Positions 13,001 through 27,680 of a stretch of DNA of 64,000 nucleotides are shown here, in pieces. The notes under the pieces were generated by a model. The model had not been told where the DNA came from. It saw nothing but the letters and a program-made list of their open reading frames with translations, and searched no databases. Both the position numbers and the translations under genes were made by a program. This DNA is from Fimbriosthenelais zetlandica (lineage: Eukaryota), in contig OZ365109.1 in assembly GCA_977030845.1 (NCBI GenBank), forward strand, positions 45,818,001 to 45,882,000. Direction: 5' to 3'. The first letter of the stretch is position 1. Each line of letters begins with the position of its first letter.

Positions 13001-16000
13001 GTGGGACAACATGGAGGTGATAGAAAGGGGAGGGGGTACATAATTGTGAGAACAAGTTTTTTCTAAATCTTCTTCTCTTTCACTATATTCTAACTTACTC
13101 GGGAATTTAGCTCAATATAACCCAAGAGTTACCTACAATTTGTAAATCGAATCCTAATACTTGAATTGAACTCTAATAGTGTTAATTAATATTATGACTA
13201 GTTTCCTTTTTAAAAGCTGTTTTAACCAAGTATTAATGGGGGAATATATATTTTGTATTATTTGTCACTCATTGATTAATAATTTAGCCTGTTGTTTCGC
13301 CTACATATACATAGAAAGCTACAGAGTGATTTTTTGCATAGGCCTACATAAGATCGGACACTCATTTGTATCATAATGCAATAGATACCATGACTCAGGT
13401 TTCATTTAATTATTTATCAATGTAGGTTCACTCAGCAGATGGAGTGCATAATGTTAACATTATAAGTTGCACGGGGTGAGGTTCCTCTTTTAGAACCTAA
13501 AACTGATTTATTACTGCCTGTCATATGCCAGCATCATTTTCCCTTGTGGCAGCCTATACATATTAATACAATACATAACATGCAGACAGATCCTATTGTG
13601 GGCACGTACTAATGGCTTGTTCTAGTACCTTTACCACAGTAACAGTCAGCCAGTCTGATGTAACAGTTATAGTTAGTATTAGTGTCACATTCTATGTGGA
13701 TGTCGAACAGAATCTGGACCACATTGCTACATCAATCTATGGAGGAAGCAACTTTCTCCAACAAGCAACCCACTTATCCACGTCAGTCATGTTTACACCA
13801 ACATAAATGTTTGTGTATCTAGTTTAAGGCTACCGCAGGGATCGAGGTGCTGAGGCCACTTCTTTATGCCAAGGCCGGTACATAACATATACAGAGTAGC
13901 GATATGGGTGTGACTTTTTCTTCTTTTTTTCCCTTCTGGAATATCATAGAATAATATATACATTGATGGATAGAGTGAAAAATTGCGTTTTTAGATCAGG
14001 TAATCGGCCGAATAGTATATTATATTATCTGGGTCTTGCTTACGAAGAAAGATGTGTTACATTATCCATGGGCATCCCCCCTCCTACCTAGAAATTAAAA
14101 ATGGCAGGGAAAGGGAAGGGGAAGTATGGAATGTAAAAATGAAAGAATAGAGACGAAAAGGTTGCAAAAGGAAAAATGTCATAGCTCGATCCTCAGAGAA
14201 ACCAAATTAATGTACAGCGTTCCTGGTTGGGGACCTGACTCAAACACTTTTGAAAAATATATTAATGAGGAATAGGGCTTACATATCTATAGTTGGTTTG
14301 GGCAAATAGGCTAATTTCATAATAATATGCCTTATGAATTAAAATGAATCTAATAACCAACAATCTTTTCTGACGGTATAAAATTTCTTCAAATTTTCCT
14401 AACCAGACACGTTGCTAGCGCATTATTTTTTTTTTTTTAAACACCCCCCTGAACAATGTATTTGCCATAATTTTGTTGCGTTTAGTCTATTATTATGAAC
14501 TGATTATGCTTGGAATTTCTAGTCCTATTGAATTGCATGTCAGTCAGTGGCCACGGTGGAGCTTCCTTCTCCAATAAACCATCTAACTGTTTAATCATCG
14601 CCGCCATTAATTGAACATTAAAATGCTATTGGACATCCGGGCCTGCCCGTTAATCATTGAAGTGAATTACCTCATCATTCAATGAAGATTAATTTCCTGT
14701 GGAACACCAGTCCACCTTTGTGGGACCTTAATTTTCATTTTGTTTAGTCTGGAATCGAATTTACATCATCAAAAAGACACCGGGGGATGGGTTGACTGGG
14801 ATGCATTGGCTCCCGTCTGCAAATCATGTGCGGAGGCTGCGCAGTTCTGGCTGCCATTAGGACAAATTAATGTGAATGCGAGCAGGGGAGATCAAACTAG
14901 AGTCAGTAATTGTTTGAACAGGACTTATTTCACAGGGATAATTGTTGATATTGTTTGGCCCGAATGAATAGTTAATCTTTTAAATGATGCTATCATCTAG
15001 CCAGCATGGATCATGATCCATGCACCGAGAGCCATGATGCAATGATGCAGGTTATACATGAGCCTTATGTAAATGTGATTAGATCGGAAGCTGTCTTCTA
15101 TTTCATGAACATGTACAATGGAGATTTTTGAAAATTTGATCCTTCCGATTCTATACTTAAACAAAATACAACTAGAACTATTTTTTTCCCAACTGGAATC
15201 CCATTAGCTCAATCAGTAATTATTAAATAGGCTAAAATAATAATTATGAATGTACAGGTCTACAATGAACACGATGGTTAAATGTTGGTATCACATGTAT
15301 ACCATATCGCCAAACCAGGGTAGGGCTTAATTTAGAACTGTTTCAAAATAGGACATAAAACCATAATATTATAATAGAAACGTGTGTCAGGCTCCTTTTT
15401 CCCACAGAATTCTTCTCCCTCTGAATAGTCATGATCAATGCCAAAGGAAAAATACATGGAAAAACATTGTAAATCAGAACAATCATCTGAAATAGGAGTT
15501 TTTGTCGGGAGAAAAATACCAGTTAGAGCTTCATTGCGATGCGAATATGGCATGTGTGAACCGCTATAATATACCCGTATGTTACATATGAGACCACCAT
15601 GAGGTTACAGAAACAAAAGCGTCGTATCGTTATTAGTTTTCCTCGTATATATGTCCACAGAAGTAAATCTGTTTAAAAAAAGATAATGTATCACCACAGG
15701 TTGGTTCATTTGTCATAGACAGAACAGCATGTAATGTGTACTGTATTATTGTGAGTAAACTTCCCGAGGCAGAAACAGAAGTGACTCGATTAGAAAATCG
15801 GGATAAGAAATAGGAAGAGTTTGAAAAACATAATTATTCCTTGTGAATTCATAAAACCTTGAGTGATATGGCCACATATTATCTGTTCTAAATCAAGAAC
15901 GTAATTTTACATTTTTTACAGAATGTAATTTTTTAAAAATACGTGATTAAATTCCGCTCTGTATTAGGGAAATATTACTATCAAATGATCCCATGTTGAT

Positions 16001-19000
16001 TTTTCATTCAAGAATCAGGAGGATTCAATGACACCACATGCTATAATTAGGAAAAAATTGTCATGGAGATATTCATAGGGGAAAGCAATGGGTTTCCCAT
16101 AGGACGCGCCTGGAGGTAATTGCAATAGATCTGAATATAATACATACCAGCATGTTTTATATGACAGTGTTGATATTTGATGACATGTTTTTATATGACA
16201 CTTTTCTTTATGATGCCTTCTTGATGTAAATCAACAGTGATTGATGTCATGACAACAGCGAAACAGACAAATCCTTCCCACCCAGAAAAATACACTATTC
16301 ACAAAAAGTAGGGAATATAATAATACCAAAGCGACTTTACTATCATGATAAGGAATAAACAAGATTATAGAACTTTCTGATTTGATATATAGAGTAGGGC
16401 CTAATCATTTGTTTACGTAATTGCTTTAAGTGTTGGCGATCACGAAAGTTACATATGTATTGTCTATTCTTTATAATTGTCCCTCACTTCTTTGTTAATA
16501 CGACTTTACATCTTTATACAATATATTTCTTGAGGGCCCTGAGGCCATCTTATAAGATGGCTTCAAGAAATGGGACATTGATAAAAATCTTCAATATATC
16601 ATATAATGTATTTGCCATTTCATTACATTCCTTCAGGCAATACTGTTTTTCTGTGTATCCAAAACATTTTTAAACCTGTCTCCAAACTTAATTTTCAAAT
16701 AACCTGATAACAGAACTAGATTTGATCTAAGACATGAAGAAGTAGTTCCAATTTCCATCACCTCTCAAGTGGAGAGAACTTTAATTAAGCACATTGCTTG
16801 CTCAGCTTCTAGCAGGAGAGCAATTGCGAGCAACTCGTCCTCTCCTATTTAGTCCCACTATGCAGACGAGCCGTATCCTACTTGGCGACCTGACACCCTG
16901 TCCAATTACCATGTTAATTTTCTCTAGTTTGCTTGTAACAATAAAATGCTCCCTGGACAAAAGAATCATTCCCAGTCTCCACAACTGCCCTTTTAAGTCA
17001 AGTCTATGCAAATGATAAATGCTTAATATGCAATTATAAATTTCTGAGTAAAGGTTTGAACAGAAATGTGCCGACCGGAATACCCCTGGTAAGAAGTGGA
17101 TGTAAATGAATTGCTATATCGGCTGGTTATTCCGAAATATAGCTGAATGGCACCCTAAGGTTGCCCTTTCTGTGACTCAGCAGTGGACAAAAATTAAGGT
17201 TGAGCTATATGTTATGTACCGGCCTTGGGATATAGAATAGCATTGTAATGGTCGATTAAAAGCCGTATTTCTTCCATTTATTAACAATTTTTAATCGTTT
17301 TTTGGTGGTCAAAAAAAAACTCGGGGCTACGCCTCGTCAATACCAAGCCCCTCGGTGGTGTTGATATGGCCCCCCGTCCCAAACCTCGGTCGGTTCTATG
17401 TACATATCTATTGCATCACCAATGTCTCTAAGACGACCACGTAGAATATTACACAGGGAAAAAAGTCTCTACTTTGTTTAAATGGATATTCAAAAAGTAA
17501 TTTTTCAACAGTCAATAATTTGTAGTAATGAAATACATTAATAAATTGTTAACCTAACAGTTACTCAGAAATACCAAATAATCAGGTAAAATTACCCAGA
17601 GGCTCAGCCCAAGTCATTTAGACCTACTGTGACCCCGGAGCAGACCGAAAGGAAATGGCTGACCTTTCATTCATCACGGTCGCAGACAGTCAACCTTTGC
17701 CTGTCAGGAGTATATTATGTTTACAATGTTGAAACCCCATACCTTCCAAAGATAGGAGCAGCTCAAGCACAAATCAATCCAGTCCATTTTGTGAATTCAA
17801 GACACAAAATTGAACAAAATTGTTTCAAACACAAAGACTTATAAAGATCTGACTCTGTCTTAAATGGGTTGAAGCAATAAAAAAGCAGGATGGGGCTTTT
17901 GGGAGCTGGAGTGGTCGCATTGCAAGGCTGGATGCAGGAATTTCAAGGAGGAAGGGGACGGGGTCCTAGCATTGATGCCCAAAATATTACCAAAAATCCT
18001 CAATGGCCAAATTTAAATTATGCTAATTCTAGACGTACATGCGCACGCGACAAAGTATATAATTTCCTCCCTTCAACGATGCAATGTTCTGAATTGACAA
18101 CGGCAATGGTGGCGATGCATGCACCTAGGGAGTGAGCGCATTGCATGACAATAATCCATTTCGTTCAAACCAAAAAGCTAACAACTTTCTCCCGTCCATT
18201 TTGGTTCATGTAAACATGGCATCAGTGATTCTCAATATAAAAAAACAACCTCTATCACTCACACGAAAACTGTCTTCTTGAGATTAATGTTTGAGCGCGA
18301 TATCAATGTCGTCCTTGGGAACAACATTGGATCCAAATCAATAACTCGTTCCGTGTGACGGAGGTGTCAATTAGGTCGAAAGTATTGATCAAATCAGCGT
18401 TCCCAGATAGTATTGTCTTTCCTTGAATAGAGGCCTGAAACCCAAAGAAGGATCTATAGGAAGAAGTCTCAACTGTCTACATGTCTTGCCTTCATTAACC
18501 TAGTTTGAGCACAATACACTGCTAAAACAATAATAACGCACACAAGTTTAGCTGATGAAATGATGTCTTGAAAAACAGAAGGGGTGCAGTTTATGTTCAA
18601 GATAGGAAATTTATTATAGTCGTAAGACAATGGCAACTGTGATTCATTAATTAATCTTAATTGAATAACAGGAAGTAAACAAAAGGATTTACAAAAGAAA
18701 AATTGAGCGCAGCCCATACAAACTTCCCGTTGGCTGTGCAAAGAAACAATTCCAAATTTTCAATAGTCAGTGGCTTTCATAAAAAGCAATGAAGGAAGGA
18801 GCAGCTGGGATTTCTGTTTCAGAAAAAAACTGCACTACAATAATGGCCATAGTCTTAACATTGCTAATTATGGTTGCCCATAGAAACAGGCTCCTGAAAT
18901 ATTTGCCTTTGACTTCCCAATAAAGCTAACCAATAAATAGAATCATATTACGATCCAAATTAAATCTGAGCAGACGTGAACTTATCGTTAACTAATGACC

Positions 19001-20945
19001 AGAAATCAAGAACCCAATATAAAGAGAAAGGGGAAAGAGGAGAAAAATAATAGTTGGAGAAGCGAGAATGATGATGAGCAGTTCAAAATAGATCACCTCT
19101 GAGCAGATATGAGCAGGTCGTTAACCAGTGGTCAGAATAAACATTGATCGCTGGGGCAGTGCATTTCGGTTATGAAACAGATTACTTTTTGGTTGCATCC
19201 ATATATCTTATGGGATAAAGGAGCTGGAAAGGACAAAAAAGAAATCGGGAGAAGGCGGCACTATCATCAGCAGTTCATAACAGCTAATTTACTTCTGGGC
19301 ATATGTGAGCAGGTCGTGTACCAATGGCTTACTCGAATACAAGGACCCTGTGCATGAGCTGATGGAGACAAAGCTGCAGATATATCAGTGCCGAAAAACC
19401 ATGGCAATAATAAAATAAGATCAACTGATCATACCAATAGACATTGGTTTTGCAGCGTTGTGTTTCTGTCCATGATTTTTGTCACTACTGCCACAGGGGA
19501 ATTCTCCTCACAGTCACAGACTAACAGAGTCCATATCTGTGGCATTACTTATGCATGTACTAAACTCATGGCTCCCCTACACACAAGGATAAGCTAGAGT
19601 GTATGTGGATCACGCTAGAGTCAGGAGTTAGCTGGCTATCGGGACCTCCAGGTTCATAGGATGAATGTAAACGACGCATTCTGGTGACCATTGCATCTAT
19701 TGTTAAACATACAAACATGCTATAATAGGCATACTAGTTACAGTGCAAATGAGACAGTGATAAGCATTGGAAAGCAAACTATTTTTGTCAAATACTGTCT
19801 TTTTGTCAAATCTGTTGTAGGCTAGTTAAACTGACGGTTTCAACTGCTGTCATTAATGAATCTAGTTTTCTTTTGTGATTTAACTAGACATACAGTGTAT
19901 ACATTCAATTAGCTGACAGTTTTTAGACCTCTTTAAGCCTTGACAAAAAAGGTAAGCTTAGAGCAAGTTTACTGTATATGCAAAAATTGTATTCGATTCC
20001 ATTGGCAACCAAATACCAGTCAAATAAGCTAGTCTACACCTGTGACAGAAGATCAACTATATCAATAACAAAAAGCCAATATGGTGTGAAAGAGAGAAGG
20101 ACACACGTATGGGTATACATCAACGTGAAGGCCAATGCTTAATGGTATAAACGTGTATGTGGGTTGGAATTCGCGGAAGAAGCTGTTACTCAGCCTTGCG
20201 TGATGGATAAGGATTGTCAAAGTCAGGCCATGGATCGGTGGGAAGTGAATTGTGAGGGCAGTGTGCACTGCAGTCACACTTTTCCCACATTCCCCCACAA
20301 CAAGAGCCATCTTTCTCAGAAACATAAGATCCAAAAATCAATAAAGGCTCACCACCTGAAGACATTCATGGATCTTTCAGACTTTTTACTAACAGTTCCC
20401 AATGCATCTAAATGTCAAATTATCGTCACCAAGCAAGCAATTCAGCCTCTACACGCTCGGTTTCACTGCCTATACAGACCAACTAAACATCCATTTAAAG
20501 AGTTGAAACATCTCAGTAAAACATGATTGATTGTATTTCCATAATGCATCGATACTCTACTGTAGATATATCAATTTTAACTTAAAAGTGTGGACGACAA
20601 AGTGGAAGCTCGAACATTATTTATAGGCTTCATTTGATTTGTTTGTAATTTTAATCAGTCTATTGTTTATGAATTGTTTAAAATACACTTCTCAAGTGCT
20701 ACTTACAGTACGACTGTGATTTGGATTGCATGCGACAAAATACATGTACATAGGTGCATGCGACAGGCGATGTGCTCTCTGGCGTTTCAGCCATATTGGA
20801 TAGCACAGGTAAGAGGATTAAGAAATTAGGGAGATCCGTATACGGGAATCAACCAATCATATTGGTTAAATAGCCTATAGGCTATATCAAGTAGATCCAC
20901 CTTTAACTATTGAATAGCTTTATACAGGTGTTTACATAATATTAT

Positions 20946-21043
20946 ATTATAGCTATTTAATTGGACCTATAATGAATGTGCACCACTCAGATTGATTATA
21001 GCTATTTAATTGGACCTATAATGAATGTGCACCACTCAGATTG
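20946..21043. repeat. Perfect 49-bp tandem duplication
   Basis: ATTATAGCTATTTAATTGGACCTATAATGAATGTGCACCACTCAGATTG at 20946-20994 and 20995-21043. Confidence 0.95.
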
Positions 21044-22289
21044 ATACAACCCGTTTGGGGCAAAAATTGTATACTTGCTTTATTGATAGGACAACCTCTG
21101 AATATTGCTTCAGTCCAACCTGAATATTTGCAAGTGGGACACCATTGAGAAGCTGGCCATGCAGCCCAAAATTATCAGAGTAAAATTGCTTTGTTCATTG
21201 CAGATCCATTTTGTTTATCATCATTATAGAGAAGTCAGTCTATCCATCATCAGAGATGGCATTCTAGATACTCAATGCCTGGCACCTGATTAATCGATTT
21301 AGATCATTATTTTCCCCCTGCCTTGACTTTAATACCATGTCTCGACCTCGGGCATTGATACTCTAGATACTAAGGCCATAGGATTAAAGTCTGGCTACAT
21401 GAAGCTGACTGTCCATCCGATCCAATGCCTCCAATGTCCATGGGTAAGAATTAACGTGATACTGATACAGAACTACCAAATGGCTGGCAAAAATCGACAT
21501 AGGCTTAAAAAGGGGGACCCATGTACACCCCTAAATGACAAAGTTTACTTTGGGGAAGGTGCAAAGCATATATGATGGCTATTGGAAACTCAGGAAAGAT
21601 AATCGGCCCTGTGTCAGTAAAACGGAGCCTCCACTCTCACAATATAAGTAAGATTTATAAGAAAATTATTCTCATTCAAATTAAATCAATTTAGTCCAAA
21701 TAAATTCAGATTTGAAACAGTTAGGCCTATTCCGAAACAGTTAGGTCTATTCCAAAATGAATTAGAACTGGCTATATTGTAATCCTAGGTGTTGTAATTA
21801 TCCTAAATATACTCCTATTTTAGTTCTTGTCGTGATATTGGAGGTCATCTTTTGTCAGAAGGGGAAGTTGCATAATGGCTATAGGTAGGGCCTATTAGGA
21901 TTGACAATCGGTTTGGTGACATCCAGACATAGGCCTATGGGCGAGAAGCTCGAGTCAACCTTGCCCTATAGTCATAGTATGGAACAAGGTCACGCTAGTT
22001 TTGGACATGAGAGACCGCTCAGTGTAATTCAAAACGGATTATCTTCAAGGACTTGTGGAAATGAGAACCCTTAGATGACATTCTGTGTCCCTATTATAGG
22101 ATCGGCCTACACAAAGCTTTGCTATTTGACTATTTTTGGCTACATAACATGGCCTCATCCACGTGCACGTGGTGTGTGGTGCCAACTTCACGCCCCAGAA
22201 GCACATAAATCACAGTAAATACGGATTGTACAATCAATTCAATACAATAGTTATTAAACTGGATATTTACCTTATACTTATGTCCTTTG

Positions 22290-22480
22290 TCGTGTAGCCT
22301 ACTGCGGCGACTCAGGTGGCGATTTTTCATTAGAATAATAGTCCAATGTTTCTTCACCCTGTTCCAAGCGATGCTTCTTCACCCCTGCCGTGTAGTCAGG
22401 TTCCCTGCGTTATGTTTTAAACATGGCGGCTGTTTGTGAACCCGCGTTCAGGGGTCACAACCAATTCCCGCGCTGGATAC
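22290..22480. promoter_or_regulatory. CpG-rich promoter-like patch with YY1-type motif
   Basis: Local CpG cluster, AACATGGCGGC at 22420-22430, a minus-strand donor AAG|GTAAAT at ~22270, and TAGGCCTA-type motifs on both sides. Confidence 0.35.
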
Positions 22481-25400
22481 TAGGCCTATTAGGCTTCTTT
22501 TATGACTAAATGTTATTGTGAGCCATTGTTAGGCTATTCTTTTGAACGGAAAACATAATTGACGTCATATTGAAACTTTAGAAATTATAATTTTGGATAA
22601 TGAATGCTCCGGTTTTCCTGACACAACATTGGGGAGGCCTAGGCCTATGGGCTATCACAAAATGGAAACATGGTAGGGCCTACTGTACATATTAATTTGA
22701 CCTATAGCAGATATACGACCAGAGCGTCAGTCGTTCCTGTCACAGATCTTTAATATTTAGTTTAAGGCATAGACATAGTTTATGCCTATTATATTACATG
22801 AATAATATGGCATCTATAGCTGGAAGATTGCTGATCAATCGTTTATAAACGACTATCCACTGACTCACTCACTATATCTTATCACATTCCTTATTTAAAT
22901 AACCTAGTCTGGTTTTTCTCAAGATACAAATAATTACTTGATATTGAATGCTTATAGGAAACGTTCAAAATTCCATGCTTCAGTGATCATGGAACTACTG
23001 TCAAAAGACGCTAATCACATCATCTAGTTCCTCCGATACTCCAGCTACTTCTTTTGATTTGTGAAGCAGACAAAATGAGGGCTTTCTATCAATTCTTTTC
23101 ATTATATATTGTCACTACCGCGCACGACCAATACGGTCAATGTCCCATGAAAGGGGACAGCCTGAGACATAAAATCCATGAAGCATAATAGGCCTACACG
23201 CATACTCACACGGCCAGTGTACTGACTTTTTAAAAAGACAAAAAAATGGATGGTCTGTCATCTAATAAGCCACCTATATAGATGTACAGTACAGCACTTG
23301 CCTATATATAAGGAAACCAACCGTCTGTTTTTAAGCTTTAATACAAGACACGTGTTTTATTGATAAATGGATAATAAATAATGACCAGTAAAACCAAACG
23401 AGATTCCGAGTTATCAATCAGCTTTTTACTGGTCTGGTTTAAAATAGGTTTTGAATCATACCCTTAGCCCCCTCGATCAAGGCATACAATCAAGGCATTT
23501 AATCGATGAGCAACACCCATCACCTTCCTGTTTTGCCATTGTATTTCGGAGGTCAAGGAAAAACTTGCATACAAGTATCATGTACATGTATGTACATTGT
23601 AGATGCATGCCTTCCCATGCCATCCATCCAAATAGAAAAGTTATGAAAACACTTTCAAAATGTGGGACTTTTTTTATCCCCTTCAATGCCACATTCCCGT
23701 GGAGAGAACATGAAGTGGCAGTTATCCCTGGCGGCCATGCTCTACCGGCATCCTCAAATCAATAAGATCAATGAGGATTCTTGTCCTCTGACATGAGTGG
23801 GGGACTTGCATGCTCAGCCGAGTGTGAACATGAAGCGGAGAGGCCCAGGAAGTGTCATGGCCGATTTAGACTACAGGCCATGGAGCCGATAAGAAACGTT
23901 TAAACTTCACCAACTTCACCAACAACTTCATCTGACATGAAAAAAAGATTAACAGGCACTTCCCTGAGTTGTAATCTTTCAATTGGCAGTTTCTTTTTGT
24001 GTGGTCACTGCTGTTCGTTTCCCATGTGAAGAAGGAACAAATTGTCTGGGATGTTAGTTGTTGGCTTTTAGGTAAATGAAAAATAATAAGAGACCGTCAA
24101 TACACCGAGTGGTGGGTGGGTCGATTTGTGTGGCCCGAGTGGAAGACTGGTTCCACGAGTGACTCATGCAGAGAGTGACTTCCATGCCCCACGAGTATAT
24201 CAACTTGCTGATCACACCACCTTGATTAAGTTCTGTTTTTCACTCACATATGTACCCTAATTCCCTCTTCCCTCGCTCGATCTCCTTCCCTCCCTCTCTT
24301 GGTCATATCTGTCTCCTTCCTTCCCTCCCTCCCCCTTCCTCCCTCCCTCTTTCCCTCCCTCATTCAGCCCCTCCGACTTCTTTCCTCCTCTCAGTATACC
24401 TTCCCCCTCCCTCTTATACCCACCCACACCGTTAAAAGCTCATAAACATTTTCATTATGTTTTCCTTCTCCCTGAGAATCAAAAAGTGAAACTAATTTAA
24501 CGCGTTTCATTGGAGGATGTAATATTTGTTTTATATGGGTCCTACATGCGCGAAATTATGATCTTGTTTGTGCAAAAACAGATCTGGTGATTGAAATACT
24601 TCAAACAGACCAATGTGCATCAGCCACTTTCATTTTCTTCCTGAAACAATTATCTCAATGTCTTTGGAAGCCCAAGAGAAAATTGGACGAAAAAGAAGCC
24701 AGAGAATTGTCTTTGAAGAGTGATTATCTAGGCTGATAGAATGAGAGGCGCCGAAAGCAATCCACTTCAGAAAATGTCATTAATCACAAAAAGAATAAGA
24801 TTGTCAGTGACTCTCCTCTGCTGGAATAATGAAATCGATCTCCCCAGTTACTCTCCCTTTTGATCCGATTACAATGCCAACATATAACTTTAATTATACC
24901 TGTATGGGGCAACCATTTGCAAATTTTTACACTCAAACTGGCAACGGGGCGTCTCTGAAATATCGACCTTTAACTTGCCTAATTTTATGTTAATTGCTGG
25001 AATGAAATGCCATTATAGAAATAATGATAAAATACAACAAAGTAGAGAACTTAAAACAAGACATGAATCCAAAATGTGTCCAATTGCTGAAAATGTTTTC
25101 TCCTATGCGAATGATCCAGTAAAGTTTTCTTTATGAGGTCAGTTTGATCCACTCCTTGTGAAAAATGTATGGCCTATTGAAAGGGTTTGCATGGTCTCTT
25201 GAAGAGAGGTTTAAGGTCCATGATGGGGTCCATTGTGACGTATACAGAAGGTTCAATTCGGGTATTATCTGGGTTTTAAAGGGGGATGCGACCCAAGGAC
25301 CAATATGTGGATATATGGAGCAATTTTCTGTTAGAGTCCTGGTCGGGTCCGAAGGGTCAATGGCTTATCTGAACAGGGTTGAATGCTTAGTAATCGTACG

Positions 25401-25914
25401 GTCGGTTCCCTTTAAGTACGGGGCTTGGGGCAGCTGGGTAATGTGTGGAAAACGACTGATTAAAGGTCGAAATTGTGAACCCAACCTTTGTTCAGCAGTC
25501 TCATTTTAGGAGCTTCAATATTTCAAAGGAGAGAAGAAATGTTTTGTTGGTGGGGGGAACACTGTTTATTGCACTTTGTGGGTGAGAAAATGTCTCTTTC
25601 TTTTCATCACGTAGGCTACAGCTAACGCATGCGTGACTTTCAAAATGTAATGCCTTTATAGAGATTTATAAATAAGTGGTAAAATTATAACGTGAATTTA
25701 CAAAATGGATTATTATTTTGTTATGGTTATTATTAAAGGGAAACAAAATTAAGTCATAAGTTCTAAGCTATATAATTATAAATTTGCAGTGAATAGGGTC
25801 GCACGTTTCCTGTGTAATTAGATAAAATTATGATACATGCCCCTGTAACTGTTAGGTCAAAATAATAAATGTCGCGCCCGCAGGTATGGAACGCCATAGG
25901 GACATTTATTCTGT

Positions 25915-26556
25915 ATTTGAAGATATCTTCAAATGATTTGCAGATATCTTCAAATGATTTGCAGATATCTTCAAATATTTGCAGATATCTTCAAATATTT
26001 GAAGATATCTACAAATATTTGAAGATATCTTTAAATCATTTGAAGATATCTCTAAATCATTTGAAGATATCTTCAAATCATTTGAAGATATCTCTAAATC
26101 ATTTGAAGATATCTGCAAATCATTTGAAGATATCTGCAAATCATTTGAAGATATCTGCAAATCATTTGCAGATATCTACAAATCATTTGATTTAAAGATA
26201 TCTGTAAATGATTTGAAGATATCTTCAAATGATTTGAAGATATCTTCAAATGATTTAAAGATATCTTCAAATCATTTACAGATATCTTCAAATATTTATA
26301 GATATGTTAAATATTTAAAGATATCTTCAAATCATTTGAAGATATCTGTAAATGATTTGAAGATATCTTCAAATCATTTGAAGATATCTTCAAATCCTAT
26401 GAATTACAGATATCTCTAAATCATTTAAAGATATCTTCAAATGATTTAAAGATATCTGTAAATGATTTGAAGATATCTCTAAATCATTTGAAGATATCTC
26501 TAATTCGATTTGAAGATAGGCCTATCTTCAAATCGATTTGAAGATATCTCTAAATC
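25915..26556. repeat. Left-arm array of 20-21-bp palindromic monomers (ATTTGAAGATATCTTCAAAT plus 0-1 bp)
   Basis: About 30 copies. The monomer is its own reverse complement, hence the KISSNHL ORFs on both strands. Confidence 0.95.
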
Positions 26557-27680
26557 GAATTAAAAATGCATATCATTTGCATACTTGTATACCAACTCAC
26601 TCCCTTCTGGAAATTCCCCAGTAAAAATGGGGCACTGATGGGTTATTTATATGGGGATTGTGCCCACTAAGGGATTTCCCAGGGCCTTTTCTCCAGGAGA
26701 CGACTAATATTCGTTAAAACATTCTCCCTATGGGCAGGTCTACAGATCTACCGAAGGCCTTGCGGGGGGAGGATGGGTTAAGATTAAAGTAAGAGGCTAG
26801 GTGAGAGCAAAAACACTTTGATAAAAACCTAAAGATAACATATTTGGGGTAGGCCTATACTATAGTATTTTATTGATACCGGTAGTGTTGGCTAGTCACA
26901 GACACAGTTCAGTGTAGTTTGGAGTCAGTTTGGAGTAGGTCCTACACGCAATGCTTGGTTATATGAATATTAGACTAAGTTCTTTATATTTAGACTCAAA
27001 ATTACAAAAATCTTTTAATAAGAATGGACAGACACCTCGCATGATATGACAACATAGTTATAGATAAGCGTGTCCATGTCTATGACGACAAGTTGTGTAT
27101 TGAAACATTGTAACAACTCCCGTCCCCCCCGCTCCACCTTCAGACGTCACTGACAGTACCGTACTGTCCCTTTCTGTGAGGATTTTAGTACTTTAATGTT
27201 CAATTAACACCTAATATTTGTGGAAAAATGAAATCGGATGTTTCAGCAACCTGTATGTGCAAAATATATACTTTCAACATGAACAAAGGGCTCAAATAGA
27301 GCAATGTTTTAATGTATCTAATTTAGTAATTATTCTTTGTGCAAAGAGAAATATGAAGCAACAACATTGACAATATTAATAAAAAAAAAAATGATCATGA
27401 TTGAATGATTGCTGTAACTAAAAAGTCCCCTATGTTTTCCTTATTTACGGCGATTTTATTGATAGAGCCAAAATTTTACTGATACTGACAAATAAGGCAA
27501 AATTTTACTGATAACTGATAACAGAGTGACCCCCTTATAACCCCCATGATGCATTGCGCACCCGAGATTCCCCCATACATTATGACATCAGAGGATGTTT
27601 TGCAAAGTGGTGAGGGAAGTCCACGGGTAAGCCCCCATCGGGACCTCTTTAGGGGAGGATACGATAGCTTTCTGCACTCC

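Noticed and set aside
24250-24435. Pro/Ser-rich ORF, and similar ORFs at 6924-7106 and 59018-59287
   Set aside because: Low-complexity polypyrimidine or polypurine tracts.
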